Shown here piece by piece: positions 17,301 to 25,781 of a stretch of 32,000 bases of DNA. The stretch spans positions 120,001 to 152,000 of the forward strand of contig NZ_RSDW01000001.1 of NCBI RefSeq assembly GCF_003945235.1, written 5' to 3'. This DNA comes from Edaphobacter aggregans (lineage in GTDB: Bacteria > Acidobacteriota > Terriglobia > Terriglobales > Acidobacteriaceae). Below the pieces are notes generated by a model. It was given only the letters and a program-made list of their open reading frames with translations, ran no database searches and was not told where the DNA came from. The translations under genes were made by a program, and so were the position numbers. Position 1 is the first letter of the stretch, and each line of letters opens with the position of its first letter.

Positions 17301-18593
17301 ATACCATTTCGCATGGCGAGATCAGACTACTCTCCGCGCAGCTCTGAAGCGAAGGTCTTCCACATTGAGCTCTCCGATCTCCATGTTTCGAAAGAAGACT
17401 CTGTAAAACCCTGGTGTGATCAACTCGAATGCCAACTCTTCGAAGCGGAATACCTCGCTGATGAAGACTCTGTTTTTGTGCCAGCTGATGTCGCCGCTAT
17501 TGTTCACCCGTCGCAGAAGGAGACCCTTGCGATACGTGAACTCCGGCAACTTGCGTGGCAGTCGGACGGAACTGGCGTGATAGAGACTCGCTGGGACTTG
17601 GTTGTTCAGGCCCTCATGCGGGCGCTCGTTATTGAACACATAGCGAAAGTTATCGAAGCGGCTCTGTTGTGCACGAAGGGATGCCGCAGGCGGTTTCGTC
17701 GTGTCCTCCTTCAGCGTGCGGTGCATCCGCTCATGGCGACCGTTTTGTTGCGGCCGACCTGCCTGAATGCGCTCATGAACAATCCCCAGCTTCATCCAGC
17801 CGAGTGAGAGCTTTGACAGCCCCAATAGCCCGGTGCCCGCAAACGGTGCGCCGTTGTCGGTTCTGATCCGTGCTGGCACTCCGTACTCCCGCATTGCTGC
17901 TTCGCAGATTGCCCGGACTTGGCTGAGGTCCATACGCGAGACGATCTGGCAACGAATCAAATAACGGCTGTGCGCGTCTGTTATGGTGAACGGATCGCAG
18001 CGCTTGCCGTCACCAGTGGCGAAGTAGCCTTTGAAATCCATGCACCATAGCTGATTCGGACCAGTAACCATAGAGAACGGCTCTGAGCATGGCGTGGTTC
18101 GTTTTCTTTTCTTCTGCGGACTGGACAAGCCCGCTCGGCTCAAGATGTTGCCAAATGTGCTGGCCGCAGGCCACACCACGTCCGGCTGTAGCATCTCCAG
18201 CCTTGCCTTAAGCTTCCGCGCGCCCCAGGACGGATGCTTGGCCCGAAGCACGAGGATGGTGTTCTCGATTGGCTCGAGCGTCGCGTGCGAGCAACCATGC
18301 AGGCGGCGACTGCGATCCACGAGTCCTTCTGGCCCGGTCTCGTTGTAGCGATTGATCCAACGGTAGCCCGTTGGGCGGGAGATTCCATACTCACGGCACA
18401 GGTCCGCTACCGACATCTCTTCCTTCTGATAACTGGACAGAAACTGCAAACGTTGATCCAAGATCCGACTCTCCTTCCAGGGCATACAACATCGTCGTGC
18501 GTGCCCAATGCTGAGGAATTGTCGCGTCGCGCTTCGCTGTAAACCATGTCTCAGGGTCTGTTTTGTAACCGAAGTGCTAAGTACGCTAAGGGG
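17301..18593 (-). mobile_element. IS481-family insertion sequence (apparently complete transposase; ends only approximately placed)
   Basis: The right boundary is where homology with the 10648..11088 fragment stops (…GTACGCTAAGGGG, 18593). The left boundary must lie between the tetR stop (17300) and the transposase stop (17322). I could not identify terminal inverted repeats by eye. Confidence 0.6.
17322..18485 (-). CDS. IS481-family DDE transposase (HTH plus rve integrase core)
   Basis: Track ORF 17322..18617; the likely start is ATG 18485 (MPWKESRILDQRLQFL). It has the HTH region ISRPTGYRWINRYNETGPEGL and the DDE core LWCMDFKGYF...TDNGAPF...GRPQQNGRHERMHRTLK...FNNERPHEGL. Confidence 0.9.
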   Translation of the reverse strand: MPWKESRILDQRLQFLSSYQKEEMSVADLCREYGISRPTGYRWINRYNETGPEGLVDRSRRLHGCSHATLEPIENTILVLRAKHPSWGARKLKARLEMLQPDVVWPAASTFGNILSRAGLSSPQKKRKRTTPCSEPFSMVTGPNQLWCMDFKGYFATGDGKRCDPFTITDAHSRYLIRCQIVSRMDLSQVRAICEAAMREYGVPARIRTDNGAPFAGTGLLGLSKLSLGWMKLGIVHERIQAGRPQQNGRHERMHRTLKEDTTKPPAASLRAQQSRFDNFRYVFNNERPHEGLNNQVPASLYHASSVRLPRKLPEFTYRKGLLLRRVNNSGDISWHKNRVFISEVFRFEELAFELITPGFYRVFFRNMEIGELNVEDLRFRAARRVV

Positions 18594-18826
18594 CGCTGCC
18601 CCGATCGCGCGGCGCAAGGGGTCTCCCCAATCTTCCGCGCTGCGCTTGTGCAGACCTCCGCTGCGCTTCGCCCTTTCCGTTCCGCCTGCGGCTCCCTCTC
18701 CAAGGGTGGGAGATCCCCCTCCCCGTTGCGCCTTGCTACCCCCGCCTTCGCCAGGAGGCGTTCGGCATGTAGGTACATGCCACGCATGGCATGAAAAACA
18801 ACGGCCAAGGCCAAGGAAGAAACACC

Positions 18827-19874
18827 ATGAAGACCACCACCAGCACCGTCACCCCCATCAGCGAAAACTTGACGAGTGACTCGTCCTGAAGTCAACAATT
18901 GACGAAAAAATCCTTCGGCGTTCAAAATCTTTCTCTTCCCATAGAACGGAATCAAGCGTTACAGAAACGAGTGATGACGGGTTTGTCGAGACTTCAGAGC
19001 ACCGCAAATTTGTCGAGTTCAGCGACGCTTGCAAGGCCTACCGGTATATCGGCCTGTGCTACGGACCACCTGGTGTGGGCAAAACGCTTTCAGCTCGACG
19101 GTACAGTCGCGCAGACTCGTTGGCTGACTACGATCGATGGAGCGAAGCAACGATGCCTTCCATTATGTTCGACACGGTCATGAATACCGCTGAGGTCGTC
19201 AACACGCCCTCGAGAGTCGCTTCGGACTTAGGCAGAGCAAGAGAAAAGTTGACCGGAATTGCCGTGCGGCCAATCGAGCGGAAGCTCGTACTGTACTCGA
19301 AACGATCAGGCTTCGAGATGAGGCAAGGCGGCGCGAGATCCTCGATAGACCAGGGTGCTCGCCCTGTGATCGGCCGGCTGTGGACCCCATCTATTTTCAG
19401 ACGTACCAGTACTATCAGGCTCGCCAGAAGGAGGTTTCGGACCCAACAACCCTCATCGTCGTCGACGAGACCGACCGACTGCTGATGAACAGCCTAGAAC
19501 AAGTGCGCTCCGTCTTCGACAGCGGCGACATGGGCATGATCCTGATCGGTATGCCCGGCATCGAGAAGCGCATTGCTCGCTTTCTTCAACTTTACTCGCG
19601 TATCGGCTTCGTTCATGAGTTTCGGCCGCTCGGGGCTGCCGAGGTCCAAGAGCTTCTTGAACGATGCTGGACACCACCCGGCGTGACCTTACCTGACAGC
19701 GGCTTCACCCCCGAAGTCGTAGCTCGTCTAGTTAGAATGACCGGCGGCAACTTGCGACTTCTCACACGGCTGCTCACTCAGGTGGAACGCGTCCTAGGCG
19801 TCAACGACACCCAGGTAATCTCGGTCGAGATCGTCGAAGCAGCGCGGGACAGCCTTGTCATCGGCCAAGCCTGA
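18827..19874 (+). pseudogene. TniB/MuB-like AAA+ transposition ATPase, frameshifted
   Basis: The start ATG 18827 follows AAGGAAG (MKTTTSTVTPISENLTSDSS, stop at 18887). The P-loop part is in another frame from 18880 (DDGFVETSEHRKFVEFSDACKAYRYIGLCYGPPGVGKTLSARRYS). A further shift near 19280 leads to a third frame (EARTVLETIRLRDEARRREIL...DPTTLIVVDETDRLLMNSLEQVRSVFDSGDMGMILIGMPGIEKRIARF.QLYSRIGFVHEFRPL), stop at 19872..19874. Walker A (GPPGVGKT) and Walker B (LIVVDETD) are both present. Confidence 0.75.
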
Positions 19875-19886
19875 AACTCGCCACCC

Positions 19887-19929
19887 TACGACAAATAATT
19901 CCTCAAGAGTTACGACAAATAATTCCTCA
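19887..19929 (+). repeat. two direct 19-bp repeats TACGACAAATAATTCCTCA (candidate transposase-binding sites at a transposon end)
   Basis: Exact copies at 19887..19905 and 19911..19929 with spacer AGAGT (period 24 bp), starting 13 bp after the ATPase stop codon. Confidence 0.5.
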
Positions 19930-20112
19930 CGCTACAGCTCAAGCGCGCCGGAGGTATCGAGTGAATCGATTCTCGTCGCTTGCGGTGAGCGTTCATTGGT
20001 GCTTGATTACGTGAGATTGGGGGAGGTCAAGGTCGCGGATATCACCACTTGGAGTTCCCGGCAGACCTCTGCCTTGCGGCAGCAGTGCTGTTTGCTCAAG
20101 CGGCGGGAGGCC

Positions 20113-20988
20113 TTATCTCGGGATAAGGCGATGATCACTCACCGACGTCGTCAAAATTTGACTTTCACCAACTGCTCCCATCAGCGCTGGAGGACGCATG
20201 TCGCCAATCCGCAAGAGAAGATCTTTGGGACTAAACCCACTGAGTTTTTGAAAGTCTTTAATCATGTGCGTCTGATCGTAGTATCCAAACTCATTCGCGA
20301 GATTAGCCCAGCCGGTATCCTGGCGATGGATTCTCATGTCAAGCGCAGCCTGAAATCGCGCTACTCGCGAATACAGTTTGGGACTCAAACCAATTTCACT
20401 CAGGAAATTGCGCTCAAACTGCCGCAGTCCCAGGGACAACTGATTAGCAACGTGATCCAATCGCAAAGTACCCTTCGCTCGAGATATATAGAGTGCTGCA
20501 TTCATGATTGAGCTCTTTCTTCCAGCATTCAGCGCTTTCGGGAGCAGATAAGCTTCTGCAAATTTGACTCGCTCAGCAAACGTAACGGCCTCGGCCAGCC
20601 TGTTCCATAGTTGATCAGCCTCGCGACCCAGCACGGCATATCCCTCGTAGTGTTGATTCACGAAAGAATCCATAGGCAATCCAAAGAGTTGCCAGAAAGC
20701 CAGGGGCTGGAAGAATATCGCGAAACTTTCCACCCCGCCATAGAGATGCATATTGAACGGGCGATAAGCACTTGCCCCAACGATGCTAAGCCGATTGAGC
20801 GTGAATCGCCTAGCATCTCCTAATTCTCCAATAGGGTGGATGCCGAATTCAAAGTTAAATATTTGCTCCAGACATGCCGGCACAGGCTCTACAAGAGCCG
20901 CACTGTCTTGCTCTAGCCTTCGCTGCGCAAAGGCACAAACGTAGTTCTTCAATTCAAGACGAGGAGAAGCTGAATAGGTTTCATGCAC
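20113..20988 (-). CDS. AraC/XylS-family transcriptional regulator
   Basis: 291 aa. The C-terminal double HTH is LRLDHVANQLSLGLRQFERNFLSEIGLSPKLYSRVARFQAAL...WANLANEFGYYDQTHMIKDFQKLSGFSP. The N-terminal domain is uncharacterised. The gene is visibly more AT-rich than the flanking core genes. Confidence 0.9.
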   Translation of the reverse strand: MHETYSASPRLELKNYVCAFAQRRLEQDSAALVEPVPACLEQIFNFEFGIHPIGELGDARRFTLNRLSIVGASAYRPFNMHLYGGVESFAIFFQPLAFWQLFGLPMDSFVNQHYEGYAVLGREADQLWNRLAEAVTFAERVKFAEAYLLPKALNAGRKSSIMNAALYISRAKGTLRLDHVANQLSLGLRQFERNFLSEIGLSPKLYSRVARFQAALDMRIHRQDTGWANLANEFGYYDQTHMIKDFQKLSGFSPKDLLLRIGDMRPPALMGAVGESQILTTSVSDHRLIPR

Positions 20989-21250
20989 GGAGATTTGCCC
21001 TCAAAACCCCTGGATCTCTTGCGCAACGAAAGACAAATGGCTTTTGCTGGAATCGGTTTATCCGAGCGTCAGGCGTAACGCAGAACTCTTCTTAAATTGT
21101 GACGGGGCCGCAAATGCCGGGAGGACATAATCCTCTCATATTTTTTACGGAATGTCGCGTTTTTACTATACCGTCGCGGATGTTTTAGGTATTTTCGACG
21201 AGATGAGAACCACCAATGTATAAATCCATACCTAGGAAAGAGGAAACTGT

Positions 21251-21862
21251 ATGGCATCTACGCAAGCTGATTGGCGTTTCTGTTCGAAGTGCTTCAGTCT
21301 ATGGTTTAATGGGCAGCCGACGAACGGTGTCTGTGCGGCGGGTGGTGAGCACACCGATGTAGCAAGCAACGCGGGTGCCTCTACACCATCCGCGGCACCT
21401 CAAGGAGGCCCGACCAGCGGCAACTATATTCTACCCTTCATTCATACTGGGACAAATACGCAATCAACACAAGATAATTGGCGTTTCTGTTCAAAGTGCT
21501 TCAGTCTATGGTTTAATGGGCAGCCGACGAACGGTGTCTGTGCGGCGGGTGGTGTGCACACCGATCGAGAAAGCAACGCTGGTGCCTCTACGCCACCCGA
21601 GACACCTCAAGGAGGCCCGACCAGCGGCAACTATATTCTACCCTTCATTCATACTGGGAAAAATATCCAATCAACACAAGATAATTGGCGTTTCTGTTCA
21701 AAGTGCTTCAGTCTATGGTTTAACGGGCAGCCGACGAACGGTGTCTGCGCGGCGGGTGGTGTGCACACCGATGTAGCAAGCAGCGCCGGTGCCTCTACAC
21801 CACTCGAGGCACCTCAAGGAGGCCCGACCAGCGGCAACTATATTTTGCCCCTCGTTTTTTGA
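21251..21862 (+). CDS. uncharacterised protein made of three tandem 69-aa Cys modules (WRFCSKCFSLWFNGQPTNGVCAAGG.H)
   Basis: 203 aa. AGAGGAAA lies upstream of the ATG and a strong terminator lies downstream. There is no signal peptide. Each repeat has C-x2-C-x13-C-x5-H followed by a P/S/T/A-rich loop and QGGPTSGNYILPFIHTG. Confidence 0.8.
   Translation: MASTQADWRFCSKCFSLWFNGQPTNGVCAAGGEHTDVASNAGASTPSAAPQGGPTSGNYILPFIHTGTNTQSTQDNWRFCSKCFSLWFNGQPTNGVCAAGGVHTDRESNAGASTPPETPQGGPTSGNYILPFIHTGKNIQSTQDNWRFCSKCFSLWFNGQPTNGVCAAGGVHTDVASSAGASTPLEAPQGGPTSGNYILPLVF
21271..21859 (+). repeat. 207-bp tandem repeat, 2.85 copies (21271, 21478, 21685)
   Basis: TTGGCGTTTCTGTTC.AAGTGCTTCAGTCTATGGTTTAA.GGGCAGCCGACGAACGGTGTCTG recurs with an exact 207-bp period. 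By eye, copies 1 and 2 differ at roughly 15 positions. Confidence 0.95.
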
Positions 21863-21878
21863 AAAATGCAATCGCACA

Positions 21879-21913
21879 GACCGCCCGGCGATATCGCCGG
21901 GCGGTCCTTTTGG
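21879..21913 (+). terminator. rho-independent terminator
   Basis: GACCGCCCGGCG-ATAT-CGCCGGGCGGTC forms a perfect 12-bp stem (21879..21906) followed by CTTTTGG. Confidence 0.8.
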
Positions 21914-22040
21914 CAGGATATGCGAGATCGGTCCCGGGAAAATCTTGTTGGCTGGCTGTGGTTTGTGGAATTGTTTGTCGTAGATTTGTCGCAGCCGAGC
22001 CTTTGCTGCGATCCGTAAGCGTAAGAACAGCGACTATCCC

Positions 22041-22310
22041 TCACAAACCTAAGTTGTCATTCACAGCCACGGCGATTTTCTGTTCAGAACCGAGGTAACG
22101 CTCAGTAGTTTGAATTGAGCTGTGCCCAAGAAGAAATTTGATCTGTTCGAGGTCTCCTCCGTTCTTGCGGCAAAGCTTCGCACAGGTACGGCGGAGATCA
22201 TGAGCGCCGAAGTGCTCGATCCCAATTTGTACTCTTTCGCTCGCTCGCGAGCTCAGGGTATAGCCCGCACCCCACCTGAATCTCAGCTCAGCGATATCAA
22301 GTTCGCCCAA
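22041..22310 (-). pseudogene. tyrosine recombinase C-terminal fragment
   Basis: The 89-aa ORF ends with IEHFGAHDLRRTCAKLCRKNGGDLEQIKFLLGHSSIQTTERYLG (the HxLRxT...LGH...T..Y catalytic box). The whole N-terminal two-thirds of an integrase is missing. Confidence 0.8.
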
Positions 22311-22479
22311 CTCGATGTCGCGGAAGTAGACTCTGAAGAAGTCTTCACCAACATCGATCCAGGCTACTCAGAAAACCGCAGCGAAGAAGCTGACGACTAA
22401 GAAGGAAGTTGCAGCCTAACCCGCAGCGGGAGTCAGCTATCCGGCTCCCGCTCTTTTCTTTAAGGAGGGAGATCATGTT

Positions 22480-22656
22480 TCAGTTCAACTACAACTCAAG
22501 ATCGTCGAGTGGGTGAAGGCGAAGTGTGAACGCGTCCACGTTACAACCCGGAGCAGCCGAATCCACCAAACCACCTGCGTCACCCAAGCGATGGAAGCTG
22601 GTGTGACCGATCACGTCTGGTCAATTGCGGAGATTGTCGGGCTGCTCTCCCGATAG
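22480..22656 (+). pseudogene. transposase C-terminal tail remnant
   Basis: The frame ending at TAG 22654..22656 reads ...RIHQTTCVTQAMEAGVTDHVWSIAEIVGLLSR. This resembles the conserved C-terminal tail (..R.HQTLR.TPAMEAG.TDHVWS.EE...LL) seen on several IS transposases. Nothing upstream of it is recognisable. Confidence 0.4.
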
Positions 22657-22956
22657 TCTTACCTTGCACTCCGCTAGGAGGCTTCGCGACTGCCGCCGCT
22701 GTGCATGTATTTTGGGTGGCTCTCTCGGTATCGTCGCCGCTCTTCTACATTCGCTCGCCATTTCCAGCCAAGCCAGAAGAAGAATGAGGCAAACAGGATA
22801 AGGAACCCCACGAGGATTGCGAGGGCGACCATGGCCTATATTACTTCTCCATTAGCGCAGATTCAAACTGACCCATTACCGGTTCCCTGAGTGACTGGCC
22901 GGGGCAGAATCGTGTGCGATCATGGTTGGCATTCCGTCGCACTGCGAGGAGCGAGT

Positions 22957-25391
22957 ATGCCGACGTTTCTTCAGGATTTCCTTTACTCTCTGCGGCAACT
23001 CATCAAACATCCAAGGTTCGCTGTGACGGCGATTCTCTCCCTGGCCCTGGGCATCGGTGCAACCGTCTCCGTCTTCAGCGTCATTTACGGCGTGCTGATG
23101 CATCCCTTTCCGTATGCGAATGTCGGCCGGCTCGCCAACTTGAGCGTCAGCGAGCCGCGCGGCGACATCTCCGATGTCTGGTTTTCGGGGTCGCAGTTGC
23201 GAGAACTGCGCAACTTGAACACCTTCGCGAGCATCGCAACCTGGAGCGCGCGCGATTTGATCGTCACCGGACGCGACATACCCGAAGGTGTCATTGCTTT
23301 CTTCGGAATCGGCGAGACTTTCCCGACGCTGGGCGTTCCCCCTCTGCTCGGCCGCAATCTCGGCCCCTCCGATTCCCCGGACGGTCGGGAGCCGCAACCG
23401 GTCGTGATGCTCCACTACCGGTTCTGGCAACGCCATTTCAACGGCGACCCCACCGTCGTCGGCAAGATCCTCGAGCTGGATCACAAGCAGTACACCATCA
23501 TTGGCGTCACCCGTCCCAACTTCACGTGGGGCTGGGGCGCGGACGTGTATCTGCCACAGGAAATTGGTAACGCCCAAGGTGGCGGGGTTGTCGTGAAACT
23601 GCGTCCAGGAATTAGCCTCGCCGCCGCAGATGCTGAAATGGAACCGCTCCTCGATCAGTTCGCGAAAGAACAGCCGCACGACTATCCGCCGAAATTCAAG
23701 GTCGACATCCGACCGCTTCCATACGAGACCACGCGCAATATGGGCTCCACACTGTACCTTCTTTTTGCTGCAGTCGGCATGTTGTTGGCGATCGGCTGCA
23801 GCAATGTCTCGATCCTGCTACTTGCCCGCGGTGCGGCGCGGCAGCATGAGTTTGCTGTGCGATCCGCGGTGGGCGCCAGCAGCCTGCGGATTGTGCGGCA
23901 GTTGCTGACTGAGTCGCTTCTACTGACTCTCACCGGAACGGTTCTCGGCATTGTGCTGGCCCACCAACTGCTAGCTCTGATCGTTGCGTGGCTGCCGTCC
24001 CACGGATGCGGCCGGATGCGGCCATTCGCATTAATGCACCGGTGCTCCTTTTCAGCGCAGCTCTCGCCCTGGTAACCTCGGTGATCTTTGGACTAGCTCC
24101 TGCTTTGCAGATGGCGAAACCGGAGATCACTCAAGTTATGCAGTCCAGCTCACAGAGAACGATGGGCAGTGCGCACGGTCGCCGACTGTATGGCACACTG
24201 GTCGCCGCACAGATTGCGTTGACGCTGGTGCTGTTGACCGCTGCGGGCGCGGCAACCCAGCACTTCGTGCGCCTAATGCGCGTACCGCTCGGCTACGATC
24301 CTCGCAATGTCGTCGCGGTCGGTATTCCGCTGCATGACAACACGTATATGACCTGGCAGGCGCGGACCAGCTATCTCGAGCAGCTGCGCGCCAGTATTGC
24401 TGCGTTACCCGACGTTGTCTCTGCGTCCATCGAAACGGGTGCCACCCCGCCAAGCAGCGGTTGGGATCAGCGGTTCGAACTGCTCGGCAAACCAGCGCCC
24501 TCGGAAGCGCAGACCGCCCGAATTAATCTCGTCGATCCCGACTATTTTCGTACTTTGCAGACGCCCCTCATAGAGGGACGTATCTGGACTACCGCCGAAG
24601 TTGCCCGCGCGGCTTCCTTCGTCCTGGTCAATCAAACCTTCGCCAAGGACTACTACCCCAACGGCGACGTCGTCGGCCATTCCCTCAAACTCCCGCTCCT
24701 CCAAAGCAGGCCGCCCAACGTCCTGGCTGCTCCCGGCGCCGACGGCTGGATGCAGGTGATTGGCGTCATGGCTGATCTCCGGAACAACGGCCTTGCTCGG
24801 CCGGTCCGTCCCGCGGTGTTTGCCCCGTACAGCACGCAGCTATGGATGAGCGCAGAAATCCTTGTTCGCAGCCGCGTCCCGCCGGAAACTATTCTTCACA
24901 GCATCCGCAGGCAGATCGCAGCGGTCAATCCCGACCAGCAAACTTTTAACACCATCGGCGACCTCGAAACATGGATCAGGGACGAGCCAGAATGGGCAAG
25001 AGGAAGACTGATCTCCGGCCTCTTTGCTGGATTTTCGATTCTGGCTCTCGTTCTGTCAGCGGTCGGATTGTATAGCGTCGTTTCTTACTCCGTCGTCCAG
25101 CGAACCAATGAAGTCGGCATTCGCATAGCTCTGGGCGCGGGACGCTCTCATGTTCTCAGAATCGTGATGGCTTCGGCGGCTAGGAGCGTTGGCCTTGGCA
25201 TTGCTGCCGGACTTGCCTTGAGCCTCGGTCTGAATCGCGTCATATTGAGTTGGGTGGGAAGTACCGACCATCATCCGCTGGTGGTGCTGAGCGTTTCGTT
25301 TCTGATCCTCGTCGTTGCAGCGATGGCCTGCCTTGTGCCGGCGCGCAGGGCGTTGGCTATCGATCCTATGGCCGCTCTACGTTGTGAATGA
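22957..25391 (+). pseudogene. ADOP-family (MacB-like, duplicated FtsX) ABC transporter permease, split by a frameshift near 24000-24015
   Basis: Track ORFs 22891..24075 and 23988..25391 are the two halves of one gene. The likely start is ATG 22957 (MPTFLQDFLYSLRQLIKHPRFAVTAILSLALGIGATVSVFSV). The first half ends ...LIVAWLPSH and then goes out of frame. The second frame continues PDAAIRINAPVLLFSAALALVTSVIFGLAPAL and ends with the typical PARRALAIDPMAALRCE. This could also be a sequencing error. Confidence 0.85.
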
Positions 25392-25781
25392 TTTCAGAGG
25401 GAACTTGGCCGGAAATGAAGATTAATATCTACTGCTGATAACGGGCCATAACGTTCAGCGAGCGATACCATCGCTGCTTCGATTCCCCTGGTCGTTCTTC
25501 CCTGTTGCATTGGGATTGACTGTTCTAGATTCTGAGCTGGCTTCTGCTACTCGCGCCATGAGGGAAGGTCGTTGAACAGGGCGGCTCCCTTCCGGTTTGC
25601 CTTTCTATCTGCGTTCAGCGTGCCGCGCTCAAGGTACCCCCGCCCTTCGGACGCACGCTCTCCTTTCCAAAATCCGCTGCGCGCCTCTGCAAGGTGCGGA
25701 CTCCTGCCCCAAAGCAAGTTTGGGTCCCCTCCCGCAGATTCACCCGAGATGTCCAGCCCAATGAGGCGGTAAACTGTCGCC

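Noticed and set aside
17301-17321. Searched for IS481 terminal inverted repeats and target duplications
   Set aside because: The reverse complement of the right end (CCCCTTAGCGTACTTAGCAC...) has no visible match at the left end. A shared ATTTCGCAT 9-mer (near 10622 and 17306) is too short to interpret. The boundaries stay approximate.
17313-17807. 164-aa + ORF, and other + ORFs within 17.3-18.6 kb
   Set aside because: Antisense frames of the IS481 transposase.
18507-18524. TGAGGAATTGTCG in the IS481 leader (also at about 10996) resembles the reverse complement of the 19-bp transposon-end repeat (TGAGGAATTATTTGTCGTA)
   Set aside because: Only a gapped 9+4 nt match. The IS481 transposase and the TniB-like ATPase are divergent and belong to different element types, so this is probably coincidence.
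18600-18760. GC-rich stretch with repeated CCGC(G)CTGCGCTT and 'GEGDLPPLERE'-type translation; considered as a REP-like element or small gene
   Set aside because: The repeats are short and imperfect with no coherent ORF. It is probably a relic between the IS end and the ATPase gene.
19855-20511. 218-aa + ORF overlapping the AraC gene
   Set aside because: Antisense of the AraC regulator, whose HTH motifs are unambiguous. Its 5' end also runs through the transposon-end repeats.
3778-22700. Looked for a direct repeat of the tRNA-Leu 3' end (…GGTTCAAGTCCCCTCCTCCGCACCA) that would define attR of a single island
   Set aside because: I found no copy by eye anywhere in the window, so I do not claim a single discrete island with defined att sites.
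22674-22832. 52-aa minus-strand ORF MVALAILVGFLILFASFFFWLGWKW... (single TM) upstream of the ADOP gene
   Set aside because: Hydrophobic small ORFs arise easily by chance. The SD is weak (GGAG 14 nt upstream) and there is no supporting context. Worth only a tBLASTn check.
22876-23679. 267-aa minus ORF, and other ORFs overlapping the ADOP permease
   Set aside because: Antisense or out-of-frame to the ADOP permease, which has clear family motifs.
25392-25781. 390-bp gap before the isochorismatase gene with overlapping 66/78-aa ORFs and a GGAAGG...CCTTCC hairpin; considered as a riboswitch or sRNA
   Set aside because: I could not recognise any known riboswitch core or a strong conserved-looking structure, and the ORFs look like noise. 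A cmscan/Rfam run would be needed to say more.
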